The position numbers and the translations under genes are program-made. From a virus: a stretch of 64,000 bases of DNA. Of this stretch, positions 7,671-16,200 are shown one piece after another. The stretch is taken from positions 32,001 to 96,000 of the IMG/VR virus record IMGVR_UViG_3300020122_000155. One strand, written 5' to 3'. The notes beneath the pieces were generated by a model, which ran no database searches, was not told the DNA's origin, and saw only the letters and a list, made by a program, of their open reading frames with translations. Each line of letters opens with the position of its first letter. Position 1 is the first letter of the stretch.

Positions 7671-7697
7671 GCTATACCTTAGCGATTAGGCTGTCAA
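7664..7697. promoter_or_regulatory. Overlapping bidirectional promoters (+ TTGACA-17-TAGGCT; - TTGACA-17-TAGCAT)
   Basis: TTGACA at 7664-7669 and TGTCAA at 7692-7697, each 17 nt from a TAnnnT hexamer. Confidence 0.7.
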
Positions 7698-7699
7698 TA

Positions 7700-8017
7700 G
7701 CGTGATCGAAAGATAACGCCGGTCGCCCGATTCCCAGTTCTATAAGGCGGGGAGATGTTCTCTGCCGACGAGTGTACGCGCCATGCAGTTCAGCGGGTGT
7801 TCCGCTTGAATGGTGTGATCCGCAAGAGCGTACAGAGGGACCCTCTAGGTCGTTAGGGGCAGTAGCCGTGAGGTACTGATAGCAGAATGAGGGAAAGAAA
7901 ACAGGATCGCGTCTCCGAGAGCAAGCACGCGGTGACAATCGACGGTTGGCTCCGTTGGCATGTCGCATTTGAGAATTGGAGCGGTGCGCCGCCCTCTTCT
8001 CAGTGTGCCTGCTCTCT
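7700..8017 (+). ncRNA. Candidate structured RNA (about 320 nt) upstream of an HNH gene
   Basis: No convincing + strand ORF; multiple stems: GAAA hairpin at 7700, GGCGGGGA/TCTCTGCC, TGTACGC/GCGTACA, CAGTA/TACTG, GAGAGCAAGCACGC/GTGTGCCTGCTCTC. Confidence 0.5.
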
Positions 8018-8037
8018 GATTCCACCATCAGCATAAC

Positions 8038-8391
8038 ATGCAAAACGAACAAGATGCATACGACAACATGAACGCAAACAAGTTCCTTGTAGGCGTTCAG
8101 AAGCGAGAAATAAAGGAACGAAAACTGAGGAAGAAACTCCTCAAGTTCCTGCGCCAGGATAGCATTCCGTGGCGACATCGTTACCGCGAGTACATCAATT
8201 CCATGCGTTGGAAAAATCTCCGCAAAAGAATAATTGCGGAGCGCGGTAGGATCTGCGAAAGATGCGGTAGCGCCGAGATTTCCGTCGATATTCATCACCT
8301 AACCTATGTTCGCCTTGGAAGCGAACTCCCTTCGGATTTGAAGCTGCTTTGCCGTCCATGCCACAAGCTTATGCACCCCGGATGGAAGTGA
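8038..8391 (+). CDS. Small HNH endonuclease
   Basis: YREYINS..W...R...CERCG...IHHLTY.RLG.E...DL..LCRPCH motif. Confidence 0.85.
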   Translation: MQNEQDAYDNMNANKFLVGVQKREIKERKLRKKLLKFLRQDSIPWRHRYREYINSMRWKNLRKRIIAERGRICERCGSAEISVDIHHLTYVRLGSELPSDLKLLCRPCHKLMHPGWK

Positions 8392-8599
8392 TCAGAGACT
8401 TTTCCGTCCGCTCAGTTCGCGCGTGCTTCTCACGGTACTGCCTGTGCGCTTCCCGATACGCTTCGCGGCCTGCCTGATGCGAGAACAACCAGACGCTAAA
8501 CGCTTTCGCCGCCTTGGGACTCTCGCGCAGCACCAGCAAGCCGCAGCCACAGCCGACCACGATCAGCAGCAGAAACGGATTTACGGTGTCCATGCTCAC
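8369..8599 (-). CDS. Small membrane protein
   Basis: N-terminal hydrophobic helix. Confidence 0.6.
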   Translation of the reverse strand: MSMDTVNPFLLLIVVGCGCGLLVLRESPKAAKAFSVWLFSHQAGREAYREAHRQYREKHARTERTEKSLITSIRGA

Positions 8600-8874
8600 C
8601 TGCGTCCCCGCGTTGCGCTACGATGGTCCTCGCGTGGCCGAGCTTCGTTGACATTCAGTGTGCGACCCATGAAGTCCTGTCCGTTGGCCGCGTCGATAGC
8701 GGCATTCGCTGTGTCGAGGTCAGCTAGCTCCACAAACGCAAAGCCTCTTCTCTTACCGGATTCGCGGTCGGTTGGCATCTCGATCTTTAGCGGTGCGAAC
8801 CCCAAGCTCTCGAAGAACTCTTGGACATCCTGTTCCTCTGCACCAAAATTCAGATTTCCTACAAAGATTCTCAC
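8596..8874 (-). CDS. RRM (RNP) RNA-binding protein
   Basis: RNP2 IFVGNL, RNP1 RGFAFVEL, C-terminal LNVNEARPRE. Confidence 0.95.
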   Translation of the reverse strand: MRIFVGNLNFGAEEQDVQEFFESLGFAPLKIEMPTDRESGKRRGFAFVELADLDTANAAIDAANGQDFMGRTLNVNEARPREDHRSATRGRR

Positions 8875-8940
8875 TGTCGTCTCTCCCTAAAAATGTTTTG
8901 ACGAAGCGCGACCGGTCCAACCAGCCGCGCCCCATTCCCC

Positions 8941-9549
8941 TTACCGCTTAACGTTCTGGCGCATCCTAGCGCACAGAATCAGCGCTATACCAGCCGCCGC
9001 AAAATAAGCCGCGTTCGGCTCCGGCACGTCCCCATTTCTACCGGCGTTCTCGAAGTTGATCGCCTCCAGCAGTACATTTGCGCCCCCTGCCGTCCCCATA
9101 TTCTGAAACGTCAGGTAGCTCATCGTCGGAGCGATTGCATGGAATACTCCCTCATCGCTGCCGGTCATAATTAGAGTGCCGACCACCCCCAGCGTGTTTG
9201 ATTGGCTCACTCTCCACTGCTCCCCGTCCGTGGTGGAGTTCATCTCGAACGAAAGCCCGTGCAGTCCGCTGACAAGGATCTGAATGAATCCGAGCCCGCT
9301 GATCTCGTTGTCGGGGAAACCGTTCAGGCCGAGTCCCTGCTCATCGTTTCCGAGATCCTTGCCGTACAGCTTTTGCGGCGTGCTGACATTCGAGAATCCG
9401 TAGGCTGTTGTGAATCCGCCGTAGGACTGGCTTACGCCGAGCGTGCCGGTCGGGTTGTCGAAAAACAATGTAGTTGCGCTGGCCGTCATACTGATAGCCA
9501 CCACTAAAAGTGCGAGTGTTATGTGCTTCATATTCATTCTCCGAATCAT
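8941..9549 (-). CDS. PEP-CTERM sorting-domain surface protein
   Basis: Signal peptide ending ASA; C-terminal VPEP, hydrophobic helix and basic tail. Confidence 0.9.
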   Translation of the reverse strand: MIRRMNMKHITLALLVVAISMTASATTLFFDNPTGTLGVSQSYGGFTTAYGFSNVSTPQKLYGKDLGNDEQGLGLNGFPDNEISGLGFIQILVSGLHGLSFEMNSTTDGEQWRVSQSNTLGVVGTLIMTGSDEGVFHAIAPTMSYLTFQNMGTAGGANVLLEAINFENAGRNGDVPEPNAAYFAAAGIALILCARMRQNVKR

Positions 9550-9740
9550 TTCAATCTGTCAATACGTCTGAAAACTTCGTCTACCCCAAGAAAGAGCCAT
9601 GCACGGTCATGGTAGGCGTGAACCGCGAACTCGGCCTTAGCGTCATCAATCGTCTGCGCCTGTTGTTTGCAGGCTGGCCAGAGGACATTCAAATCGATCT
9701 TTCGCAATCGTGCGTACCATAAACCGTAAAGCCAATTCAC
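9546..9740 (-). CDS. Hypothetical protein
   Basis: ORF track; overlapping start and stop codons. Confidence 0.65.
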   Translation of the reverse strand: MNWLYGLWYARLRKIDLNVLWPACKQQAQTIDDAKAEFAVHAYHDRAWLFLGVDEVFRRIDRLK

Positions 9741-9979
9741 GAGGCGCTCCTGTCTCGGTTTATGATTGTATCAGGACCGATGAACCCCTTTAGCGAGTCG
9801 GCCAATGCCTGTTCGGTTTCCCCGTACATGATCATCAGGTCGATTTTGTAGGGGAGATTCAACTCCTCCAAATGGAGATGGATTGGCTTCCCTTGCTGTA
9901 ATCGCTCAACATTCCCGGCGCTGAGCCCTAGCCCGATCATCGTTCTCCCGTTTTCGCCGCTCGCCGTGAACTTGATCAC
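9737..9979 (-). CDS. Hypothetical protein
   Basis: ORF track; AGGAG SD. Confidence 0.7.
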   Translation of the reverse strand: MIKFTASGENGRTMIGLGLSAGNVERLQQGKPIHLHLEELNLPYKIDLMIMYGETEQALADSLKGFIGPDTIINRDRSAS

Positions 9980-9988
9980 CCTACGCTC

Positions 9989-10585
9989 CTAATCCCAGTA
10001 CTTGCTGGCGTCGCGCCACTCTGGATAGTGTTCATCCAGCCACGCCAAGGCTATTTTATCGTTAACGTACTGCGCCGCCCAGCGCTCATTGTCGTTGGAT
10101 ACCGGCGTCTCTGGCGTCGAGAATATGACGGCCTTGCGGTCGCGGACATGAGCTACAGAGACTCCTCTCTTGCGAGCGTCTTCCCCATAGTCCGCCCCGT
10201 AGGAGTATCGGCGCGTTGCGTTAAGATGCGCGGAGCGATCATAAAACGCGGCCTTGTAGAACATTGCCGCCCGTTCACGCCCCTTGTCGTCCACTAGGTT
10301 AGACCACATCGAATGATCGGTTGGAATCTTCTTCCAGCCCTTCGGCAATTCGACGTAGGTGAACATCGGATCGCCCTCGACGGCATCCATGAACTTAACG
10401 CCTGCCGCTTCTAGCTCCCGCTTGTCGTCATCGCCCATCCTAGATGGAAGAGTGTCGCTGCCAACGAACGACCGCTGCCCTTGTGATTCTTGCCCCATGA
10501 TTGCGCCGGATGCCCCGCGTGTCATCGCGTCCATAAGGAATCCGAGCGGATCATGTTCCGCCGCTGTGTTGATAGGTCGCTTCAT
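9989..10585 (-). CDS. Conserved-type phage hypothetical protein
   Basis: LPKGWKK.PTDHSMWS.LVD.KGR.RA..FYKAAFYDR.A motif; start at MKRPIN. Confidence 0.75.
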   Translation of the reverse strand: MKRPINTAAEHDPLGFLMDAMTRGASGAIMGQESQGQRSFVGSDTLPSRMGDDDKRELEAAGVKFMDAVEGDPMFTYVELPKGWKKIPTDHSMWSNLVDDKGRERAAMFYKAAFYDRSAHLNATRRYSYGADYGEDARKRGVSVAHVRDRKAVIFSTPETPVSNDNERWAAQYVNDKIALAWLDEHYPEWRDASKYWD

Positions 10586-10587
10586 GT

Positions 10588-10827
10588 TCACGCCGCTTTC
10601 TTGGCTTTCTTCGGTTGCGCTCCACGTAGCTTCGCCCAGCGTGCCTTCTGTGCCCGCGATTGAGCCAACTTCTGCGCCGCCGTCCACTGCCTGCGCCCTG
10701 CCTTCTTGACTGGCGCTGTCGGCGTGCTGCTGAACGGACCGAACTCGAACACAGGTCCGCGCAATAGCACGATGGCCTTGTCCAGCTTGTCTCGTTCCGC
10801 AATCAATAACTGAATAACATTGTTCAT
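10588..10827 (-). CDS. Small basic putative DNA-binding protein
   Basis: N-terminal coiled coil ERDKLDKAI; C-terminal AQKARWAK..KKAKK. Confidence 0.75.
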   Translation of the reverse strand: MNNVIQLLIAERDKLDKAIVLLRGPVFEFGPFSSTPTAPVKKAGRRQWTAAQKLAQSRAQKARWAKLRGAQPKKAKKAA

Positions 10828-11009
10828 AAGTGTCCTTTCAAATCAAAATTCGAGAGCGCCGGTCGGAGGAGAACGACGCTCCCGCTCCGTCGTGGAAAAT
10901 TCACCTGTGGGAGGCAAAACCACGACGGAGAAACTCTGCCCAGTTGCTTCCCCTGTACCGGGCTAACAGGTCAACGTCGCTAAACGGATGCCCTACAAAT
11001 CACTTTGGT

Positions 11010-11180
11010 TCATCCGCCAGCCGGAACTTTCAGCGTATCCAGCATCATTTCGATCTCGTCCTTGATTGATTTCAACGTAGCCTTCGTCGTTTCGCGGTCA
11101 ACTGACGTGTCTGAAAACACATCATCGACAGCCGACTTCGCCGTCTCAAAGAGAATCTGGTGCTTGGACTTGCGGCCCAT
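11010..11180 (-). CDS. Hypothetical protein
   Basis: MGRKSKHQILFETAK... within ORF 11010-11315. Confidence 0.6.
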   Translation of the reverse strand: MGRKSKHQILFETAKSAVDDVFSDTSVDRETTKATLKSIKDEIEMMLDTLKVPAGG

Positions 11181-11181
11181 G

Positions 11182-11388
11182 TTACGCCGCCTGCTTCTTT
11201 TCGCGCGGTTTGCGCGGAGCCTTCCACCCAAGCTGGCGAAGCTCTGTGTTGATGGCCTCAATGCGCGTCTCGCAGTTCTGGCGCTCCGCAACCAATTCCA
11301 CTTGCCGATTGACAAGAGCTTGCTCCGCCGCGTGCTTTTGCGCCAGCAATGCCGATGCCGTACTTCCTGCTTCGTTTTCTGTCTTCAT
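11182..11388 (-). CDS. Small coiled-coil protein
   Basis: ORF track. Confidence 0.65.
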   Translation of the reverse strand: MKTENEAGSTASALLAQKHAAEQALVNRQVELVAERQNCETRIEAINTELRQLGWKAPRKPREKKQAA

Positions 11389-12164
11389 AATCCGTTGCTC
11401 TCCATTTCTTTCAAAAATCTTGTGGCCTCTTCGCTGCGCTGATCGTCCACTCGACCCTCGCGCTGCGCGGCCAAAATCCTTTCTACATCCTCGTCAGTGA
11501 TCGCGTCTTTATCGGCGACCACTTCGGGCTCTGGCGACAGCCGCGTGAATGGTCCGAACCGGCGCTCCAACTCTTCGCGCTTCGCCAGCATCACATCCAC
11601 GAAGCTGCTTAACGCTGGACGCATCTTAGCGATCATCTCCTCGTCCCTGCGAACTCGGACTGCTGGCAGTGGCAACCGAGGATGGTAACTGAAAATGTCA
11701 ATCCACTCTCGTTCATGGATCATCAGCCTGCCTTGAAGCTGTATCCGGTATTCGTCGTCAACCGTGTCGCCGAGCGCATAGGAAATTTGCGTGCTGAGTT
11801 TTGGAGCTTTCGCCTCCATGTCTCCGACCGTTCCAACAAGCCGATCAGGACTACATCCGAGCATCCCATCATCGGTCGTGAAAAATCCTCCGAGGGAAGT
11901 TTCCACATCGTTCAAGCATTCATACGCAGAAACGCACGCATCTTCCCACTCAATACCCCTCTCCATCCACATAGACTGGTAATCATTTTCGTCGGGCTCT
12001 CCCGTTACCCATTCTCCGAGCAAGCGATACATCAACGCGGGAGCCTGCTTGGAAAGTTCGAGCTTTTTCGCGGTTATAATCCGGTGAAACTCCGAGCTAC
12101 ATGGTATTCCTAAACGGAGTTTTTTCCACTCTTCGCTTCGTGGCTCGACCGGATAGAAGATCAT
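11385..12164 (-). CDS. YqaJ/lambda-exonuclease-like nuclease
   Basis: SEEW...RLG...SSE; MERG..WE; GCSPDRL; E.KAP; Y..QLQG. Confidence 0.9.
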   Translation of the reverse strand: MIFYPVEPRSEEWKKLRLGIPCSSEFHRIITAKKLELSKQAPALMYRLLGEWVTGEPDENDYQSMWMERGIEWEDACVSAYECLNDVETSLGGFFTTDDGMLGCSPDRLVGTVGDMEAKAPKLSTQISYALGDTVDDEYRIQLQGRLMIHEREWIDIFSYHPRLPLPAVRVRRDEEMIAKMRPALSSFVDVMLAKREELERRFGPFTRLSPEPEVVADKDAITDEDVERILAAQREGRVDDQRSEEATRFLKEMESNGL

Positions 12165-12763
12165 CTCGCCCTCTGCTGGAATCCCAGGACTTCTTCCAGC
12201 GGCCATCCGTAAGACAGCCTTGAAAAAATAGTTGCCCTTTTAACGCCCACCTTCCTCGACCATTGAGAAACTGTAAGCGTAGATCCCTCGAATGTAAGCC
12301 ATCGATTAGCCCTAGTGTTATTGCTCTGCTCCTGCCGAGTCGCCCAACGAACATTCCCTGGCTGATAGCCAAGGTTATTATCAATGCGATCCAGAGTCAT
12401 TCCAGGGTTCGGCCTAACTCCTACGTCTGCTATGAAATTCTCATATTTCTTCCACCTATCGCATACCTTTACGCCCCGCCCTCCATAGTAGGAGTAGCAA
12501 ATATTTTTCGGGTTGGTGCATCGCTGCCACATCTCCCTCCATATGCCATTCTCCTTGTCCCTGTGTCCGCCATGCTTTATCCTGGATTCAATCTCCAGAC
12601 ACCCACACGATCTTGTTGACCCAGAACAAAGGTTTGACACCATGACAGAAGTGGTATTTCCGCAATCGCACACGCATTCCCATTTGGTGTGCCCCTTTGC
12701 CCTACCAGCAAAGCGCACCAATACAAGCCGCCCGAATCTTTGTCCTGACCTATCCTTTATCAT
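12161..12763 (-). CDS. Free-standing HNH homing endonuclease
   Basis: GQRFGRL..CVCDCG; YGGRGVKVCDRW; TLDRIDNNLGYQPGNVRWAT..EQ.NN. Confidence 0.9.
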   Translation of the reverse strand: MIKDRSGQRFGRLVLVRFAGRAKGHTKWECVCDCGNTTSVMVSNLCSGSTRSCGCLEIESRIKHGGHRDKENGIWREMWQRCTNPKNICYSYYGGRGVKVCDRWKKYENFIADVGVRPNPGMTLDRIDNNLGYQPGNVRWATRQEQSNNTRANRWLTFEGSTLTVSQWSRKVGVKRATIFSRLSYGWPLEEVLGFQQRAR

Positions 12764-13506
12764 GACGGCCTTTTTCTCATCGCCTGCAATAAATTAACCG
12801 CCGCAGGAAACGCCGCACGGGGAATTTCCGCAAAACTCTTTGCGCCCATAGTCTCCAAAAACTTTGTAACTCGTTCTGGGGTCAAACTAATTTCATGAAT
12901 AAGATCCTGGAGAGAGTCCAGTTGTTGCTGGGTCACGAAACTAACAATACTGTTGCCGTCCCGGTCGTCCGTGAATACTAAATTCCAGATCATCGCCTCC
13001 AGGTAGCGCCGCAGATAGCTAACCGACGATCCGAGCCCCTGAATGCCCGTCTTAGTCGCGCCACCCTTCGGCCCAGCAGTATCCAGTTCGCCGGTTAACT
13101 CATAGTCTTTTGAGAACCCGCCGACATGGAGCACCGTACAGCAGACCGTGGCGTACCCCTTGTCCGCTGGTTTGGAATTGAAGCTCAGCGCAAAGCCGTG
13201 CTTCGTATAGATCGGGCGGGCGATGGCGTCCACCGCTTCGAGGTCCGCAAATGTACTGTTGGTGCTCGGATTCTTGCGGTTCTTCCAAATAGGGGCCATT
13301 TCGCTCTGAGCAACACGCATCGCTTCGGAGAAAACCTTTTCAGCCTCGCGACGCTCCGCGCGCTCCTGAAGCTGCATGAATTGCGCGATGCGATCCGGGT
13401 CTACTGATGGATCACGGATTAAGCGCTCGATCATACTCAGCATGTCCGGCTGCTGGCGCTCCAGTGCGGCAGATTCGGCCAGCGTAAGTTGTTTTTCGTC
13501 GCTCAT
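12760..13506 (-). CDS. ERF-family single-strand annealing protein
   Basis: FADLE...PI..KHG.; QGLGSSVSYLRRY...D.DG; paired with the exonuclease. Confidence 0.9.
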   Translation of the reverse strand: MSDEKQLTLAESAALERQQPDMLSMIERLIRDPSVDPDRIAQFMQLQERAERREAEKVFSEAMRVAQSEMAPIWKNRKNPSTNSTFADLEAVDAIARPIYTKHGFALSFNSKPADKGYATVCCTVLHVGGFSKDYELTGELDTAGPKGGATKTGIQGLGSSVSYLRRYLEAMIWNLVFTDDRDGNSIVSFVTQQQLDSLQDLIHEISLTPERVTKFLETMGAKSFAEIPRAAFPAAVNLLQAMRKRPS

Positions 13507-13670
13507 TTTCCGTCCAGTCGCGAAAGTACGATGTCTTTCCACGTATCGAGAATCTCCTCGCGTACTACGGAGTCGATCTCCTCCCACACATTTCCCAATC
13601 CGCTGCGGCCTTCGATGTCTTTCACGATGGCCTCAACGATCAGAGTGGCCTTGATTGCTTCTGCTGTCAT
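13503..13670 (-). CDS. Hypothetical protein
   Basis: MTAEAIKA...; overlapping start and stop codons. Confidence 0.65.
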   Translation of the reverse strand: MTAEAIKATLIVEAIVKDIEGRSGLGNVWEEIDSVVREEILDTWKDIVLSRLDGK

Positions 13671-14227
13671 CGACGGCCCCTTGCGCGATTCGCAATCACG
13701 CACCACGACTTCATCCAGCCGTCCTCTACGAGATACTTCTTGAACTTGCGGCTCAGCTTCGCGGCGTCCTTTGACGTGTCCGCGTTGAAGTGCCCCCAGA
13801 TGTCGAAATAGATCGTGTCGTATCGAGCATCCTTCGGCGGATTCCACTCATAGATGTCCGCGTGGATCACCTTTACCTGCGGGAAGTAAGGCCCAACCAG
13901 ATCGATCACGTCCTTGTTTTTCTCGATGACCGTAACCGATTCGCTCTGCTCCATGATCGGATCTAGGATCAGGCCGATTCCCAATCCGGCGATCAGAACA
14001 TGGCCGCAAGCCTCGCGGACAAAATCGGCGTTGGTCGCCCGTTCAAATTCGGCGTCCGTCATCATGATCGAGCCGTTTACCAACAATCGCGCATACTTTT
14101 CTCGGTGGAGCGGCATACCGTGCAGCGCGCCCATCATGCGCTCTATTTTGCTCGGCTCATCGTGAACCAATTCCGCCGTTCCGACCTTCCCCGGCTTCAC
14201 GCGCTCGATAACATCCGTGTATTTCAC
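13667..14227 (-). CDS. Class I SAM-dependent (spermidine-synthase-like) methyltransferase fold protein
   Basis: VLIAGLGIG, VTVIEK, HAD, YDTIYFDIW motifs. Confidence 0.8.
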   Translation of the reverse strand: MKYTDVIERVKPGKVGTAELVHDEPSKIERMMGALHGMPLHREKYARLLVNGSIMMTDAEFERATNADFVREACGHVLIAGLGIGLILDPIMEQSESVTVIEKNKDVIDLVGPYFPQVKVIHADIYEWNPPKDARYDTIYFDIWGHFNADTSKDAAKLSRKFKKYLVEDGWMKSWCVIANRARGRR

Positions 14228-14388
14228 GCCTGTTTCCCTCTCCTGAAATCCCTCACCGCCGCCAGCCACGCCTCGTAACAAGTCACTCTCAACTTATTCC
14301 ACAAATCCCCCATCTCCGTCCCGGCGCACTCTACTACTCGCCTGTCGGCAAGCAGGAAGCGTTCGCGGGCCTCTTGGAGTACGGTCAT
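14224..14388 (-). CDS. Hypothetical protein
   Basis: ORF track; overlaps. Confidence 0.55.
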   Translation of the reverse strand: MTVLQEARERFLLADRRVVECAGTEMGDLWNKLRVTCYEAWLAAVRDFRRGKQA

Positions 14389-14609
14389 GCTGTTTTTCTC
14401 TGCGCCATCTCGCCCTCGATGAATTGCGCGATCTCCCGAAGACATCCGGCGTCAAAAACTGTTCCCTCTCCTGGCATAAAACAATAGCGACGCCACGAGT
14501 TGTACCACTTCACCCGACCGATTACGCAGCCATCGAGCGAGCAAACATCCCACAGGGAGGTTTTGCCGGTGATCGTCCCCTTGTTCTCGAACTTGAGGAA
14601 ACTTTTCAT
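14385..14609 (-). CDS. Phage hypothetical protein
   Basis: KT..W.V...IG.VKWY..WRRYCF.P...TVF...CL.EIA.F motif. Confidence 0.7.
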   Translation of the reverse strand: MKSFLKFENKGTITGKTSLWDVCSLDGCVIGRVKWYNSWRRYCFMPGEGTVFDAGCLREIAQFIEGEMAQRKTA

Positions 14610-14947
14610 GCGGACCTCCGATCTCGCACGGGGAAGTAGTATACGTAATCGCGCCACGCCGATCTCTCTCGAAGTTGTGGCAAATTGGCAATGATCGCCT
14701 TCCGCGCGTCCTGGTACATGAACGGTGCGACTTCGAACGATACACGCTCTCCAAGAACCTCAGTCTGGAAGCTGATCCCGTTCACAGCCAAGCACTCCTT
14801 GATCGCCCGGTGCGCGTCCTGCGACTCGGTATGCACAACAACTACGGGCGCTTCGTCTTTCGCGCTGTGCGGATTGGCGCGGATTGCGGCTAGATCACGC
14901 TCGCAGCGCTCCTTGCTTTGATCTACAACAGTCAAAAATGGGCTCAT
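14606..14947 (-). CDS. Hypothetical protein
   Basis: ORF track; ATGA overlaps. Confidence 0.65.
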   Translation of the reverse strand: MSPFLTVVDQSKERCERDLAAIRANPHSAKDEAPVVVVHTESQDAHRAIKECLAVNGISFQTEVLGERVSFEVAPFMYQDARKAIIANLPQLRERSAWRDYVYYFPVRDRRSA

Positions 14948-15270
14948 GCGCCCTCCACTAGTTCGTGAAACTTGCGATCACCTTCGTCGGCTTCGCTGTA
15001 CGCCTGCGGCTCCGGCATCAGGCCGAGCGTCATCAAAAGCTCGCACAACTCGTCGCGCGTTTCGCCTTTGCCCATCTCGACAAGGAACTCATAATCACAT
15101 TCCCGCGTGCAGATCCACTTGCCCTTACTGAAAAAGACGGCGTAATAACCATCGGGCGTAAGGAACACTTGATTGTCGTGCTCCTGCCACTTGAGAGAGA
15201 GCAGCGTTGAGCGAATGTTACCGTAGGATGCAGACGGCCAACCTTCGGGACAAATGGCAAGTGGGCTCAT
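14944..15270 (-). CDS. Hypothetical protein
   Basis: ORF track; ATGA overlaps. Confidence 0.65.
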   Translation of the reverse strand: MSPLAICPEGWPSASYGNIRSTLLSLKWQEHDNQVFLTPDGYYAVFFSKGKWICTRECDYEFLVEMGKGETRDELCELLMTLGLMPEPQAYSEADEGDRKFHELVEGA

Positions 15271-15455
15271 GACACCTTCCTAACTGCGTCTATAATCTTG
15301 CGCCGCCTAGAAACATATCCCCGAAGGAATTTTTCAAGCGCATCAGAAATGGACATACCGTCAATCGCAGCGATGCGCTTGGCGTCTAGCCATAATTGCT
15401 TGTCACGCAGGATAAACGTTCGATTGCCAAGCTGTTCCGCTGTTTTTCTCTTCAC
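15267..15455 (-). CDS. Ribbon-helix-helix regulator
   Basis: RTFILR-DKQLWLDAKRIAAIDGMSISDALEKFL; first gene of the leftward arm. Confidence 0.7.
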   Translation of the reverse strand: MKRKTAEQLGNRTFILRDKQLWLDAKRIAAIDGMSISDALEKFLRGYVSRRRKIIDAVRKVS

Positions 15456-15456
15456 G

Positions 15457-15515
15457 CATAAAAAATGTACCACGTGAAGAAACTTATTGCAAGAGGAAAA
15501 TTTTTATGTTTTACT
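15457..15515. promoter_or_regulatory. Divergent promoter pair sharing one palindromic TTGCAA -35, flanked by inverted CATAAAAA boxes
   Basis: TTGCAA at 15487-15492; minus -10 TACATT (17 nt), plus -10 TTTACT (17 nt); CATAAAAA at 15457 and TTTTTATG at 15501. Confidence 0.6.
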
Positions 15516-15524
15516 GGTTCTTCC

Positions 15525-15749
15525 ATGAAGCGCTCACTCGGTCGCACGCTGCGAGAGATAAAAGAGCCCCGGCATAGTATGGTGCGCAATGAAGCATTTG
15601 AAATTCGCGTGGCACAAGCAATGCTTTTGCTCAAGGGTGGCGCAGATCCACGCGATTTGCGGGATGAGCACGGTGGGGTTGTGGTGAATGATGCGCTGGA
15701 GCGCATAGCTGGGCGGAAAGAGGGTAGGTATGAGCGAGAACGGAAATAA
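15525..15749 (+). CDS. Hypothetical protein, first gene of the rightward arm
   Basis: ATG just downstream of the plus-strand promoter. Confidence 0.6.
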   Translation: MKRSLGRTLREIKEPRHSMVRNEAFEIRVAQAMLLLKGGADPRDLRDEHGGVVVNDALERIAGRKEGRYERERK

Positions 15750-16200
15750 TCACCTGACATTGCAGTTGACTGTACCGGCGCTGCTGAAGTTATTCGAAGG
15801 TGATCCCGATGTCGTCCTGCATATTCGCAAAGCGGCAGTCGCGGAGTTCACGCGGCGGAAAATCGGCACACTTCTGGATGCAGCATCCAAAGCGCTTGTG
15901 GAATCCGAAGTTGCAAAGCAGGTCGGTACCATCAAGGGCTATCCGGCAAAGATCACCTTGGCCGAGCCGATCTTGAATACGTTGAAGGAATCTTGTGCGA
16001 CGGCGATGAAGGAGCACGAAAAGGCGATGTGGTCTTTGGTCCACAAGCAGATCGCCACGCAAATAGACGCGCACCTTGATTCTATCCAGGAGAAAGTTTC
16101 TGCCGAGGTTAAGCGCCGCATCGACTCTGAGATAACAGCGCGGATCAATACCGGGGTGCGTGAGCGTCTGGACGCAGTTATCAAGGCCGCGAAGGTATGA
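15730..16200 (+). CDS. Helical hypothetical protein
   Basis: ORF track. Confidence 0.7.
   Translation: MSENGNNHLTLQLTVPALLKLFEGDPDVVLHIRKAAVAEFTRRKIGTLLDAASKALVESEVAKQVGTIKGYPAKITLAEPILNTLKESCATAMKEHEKAMWSLVHKQIATQIDAHLDSIQEKVSAEVKRRIDSEITARINTGVRERLDAVIKAAKV

Noticed and set aside
7672-8298. 208-aa minus-strand ORF
   Set aside because: Antisense shadow of the HNH gene and structured leader; not protein-like
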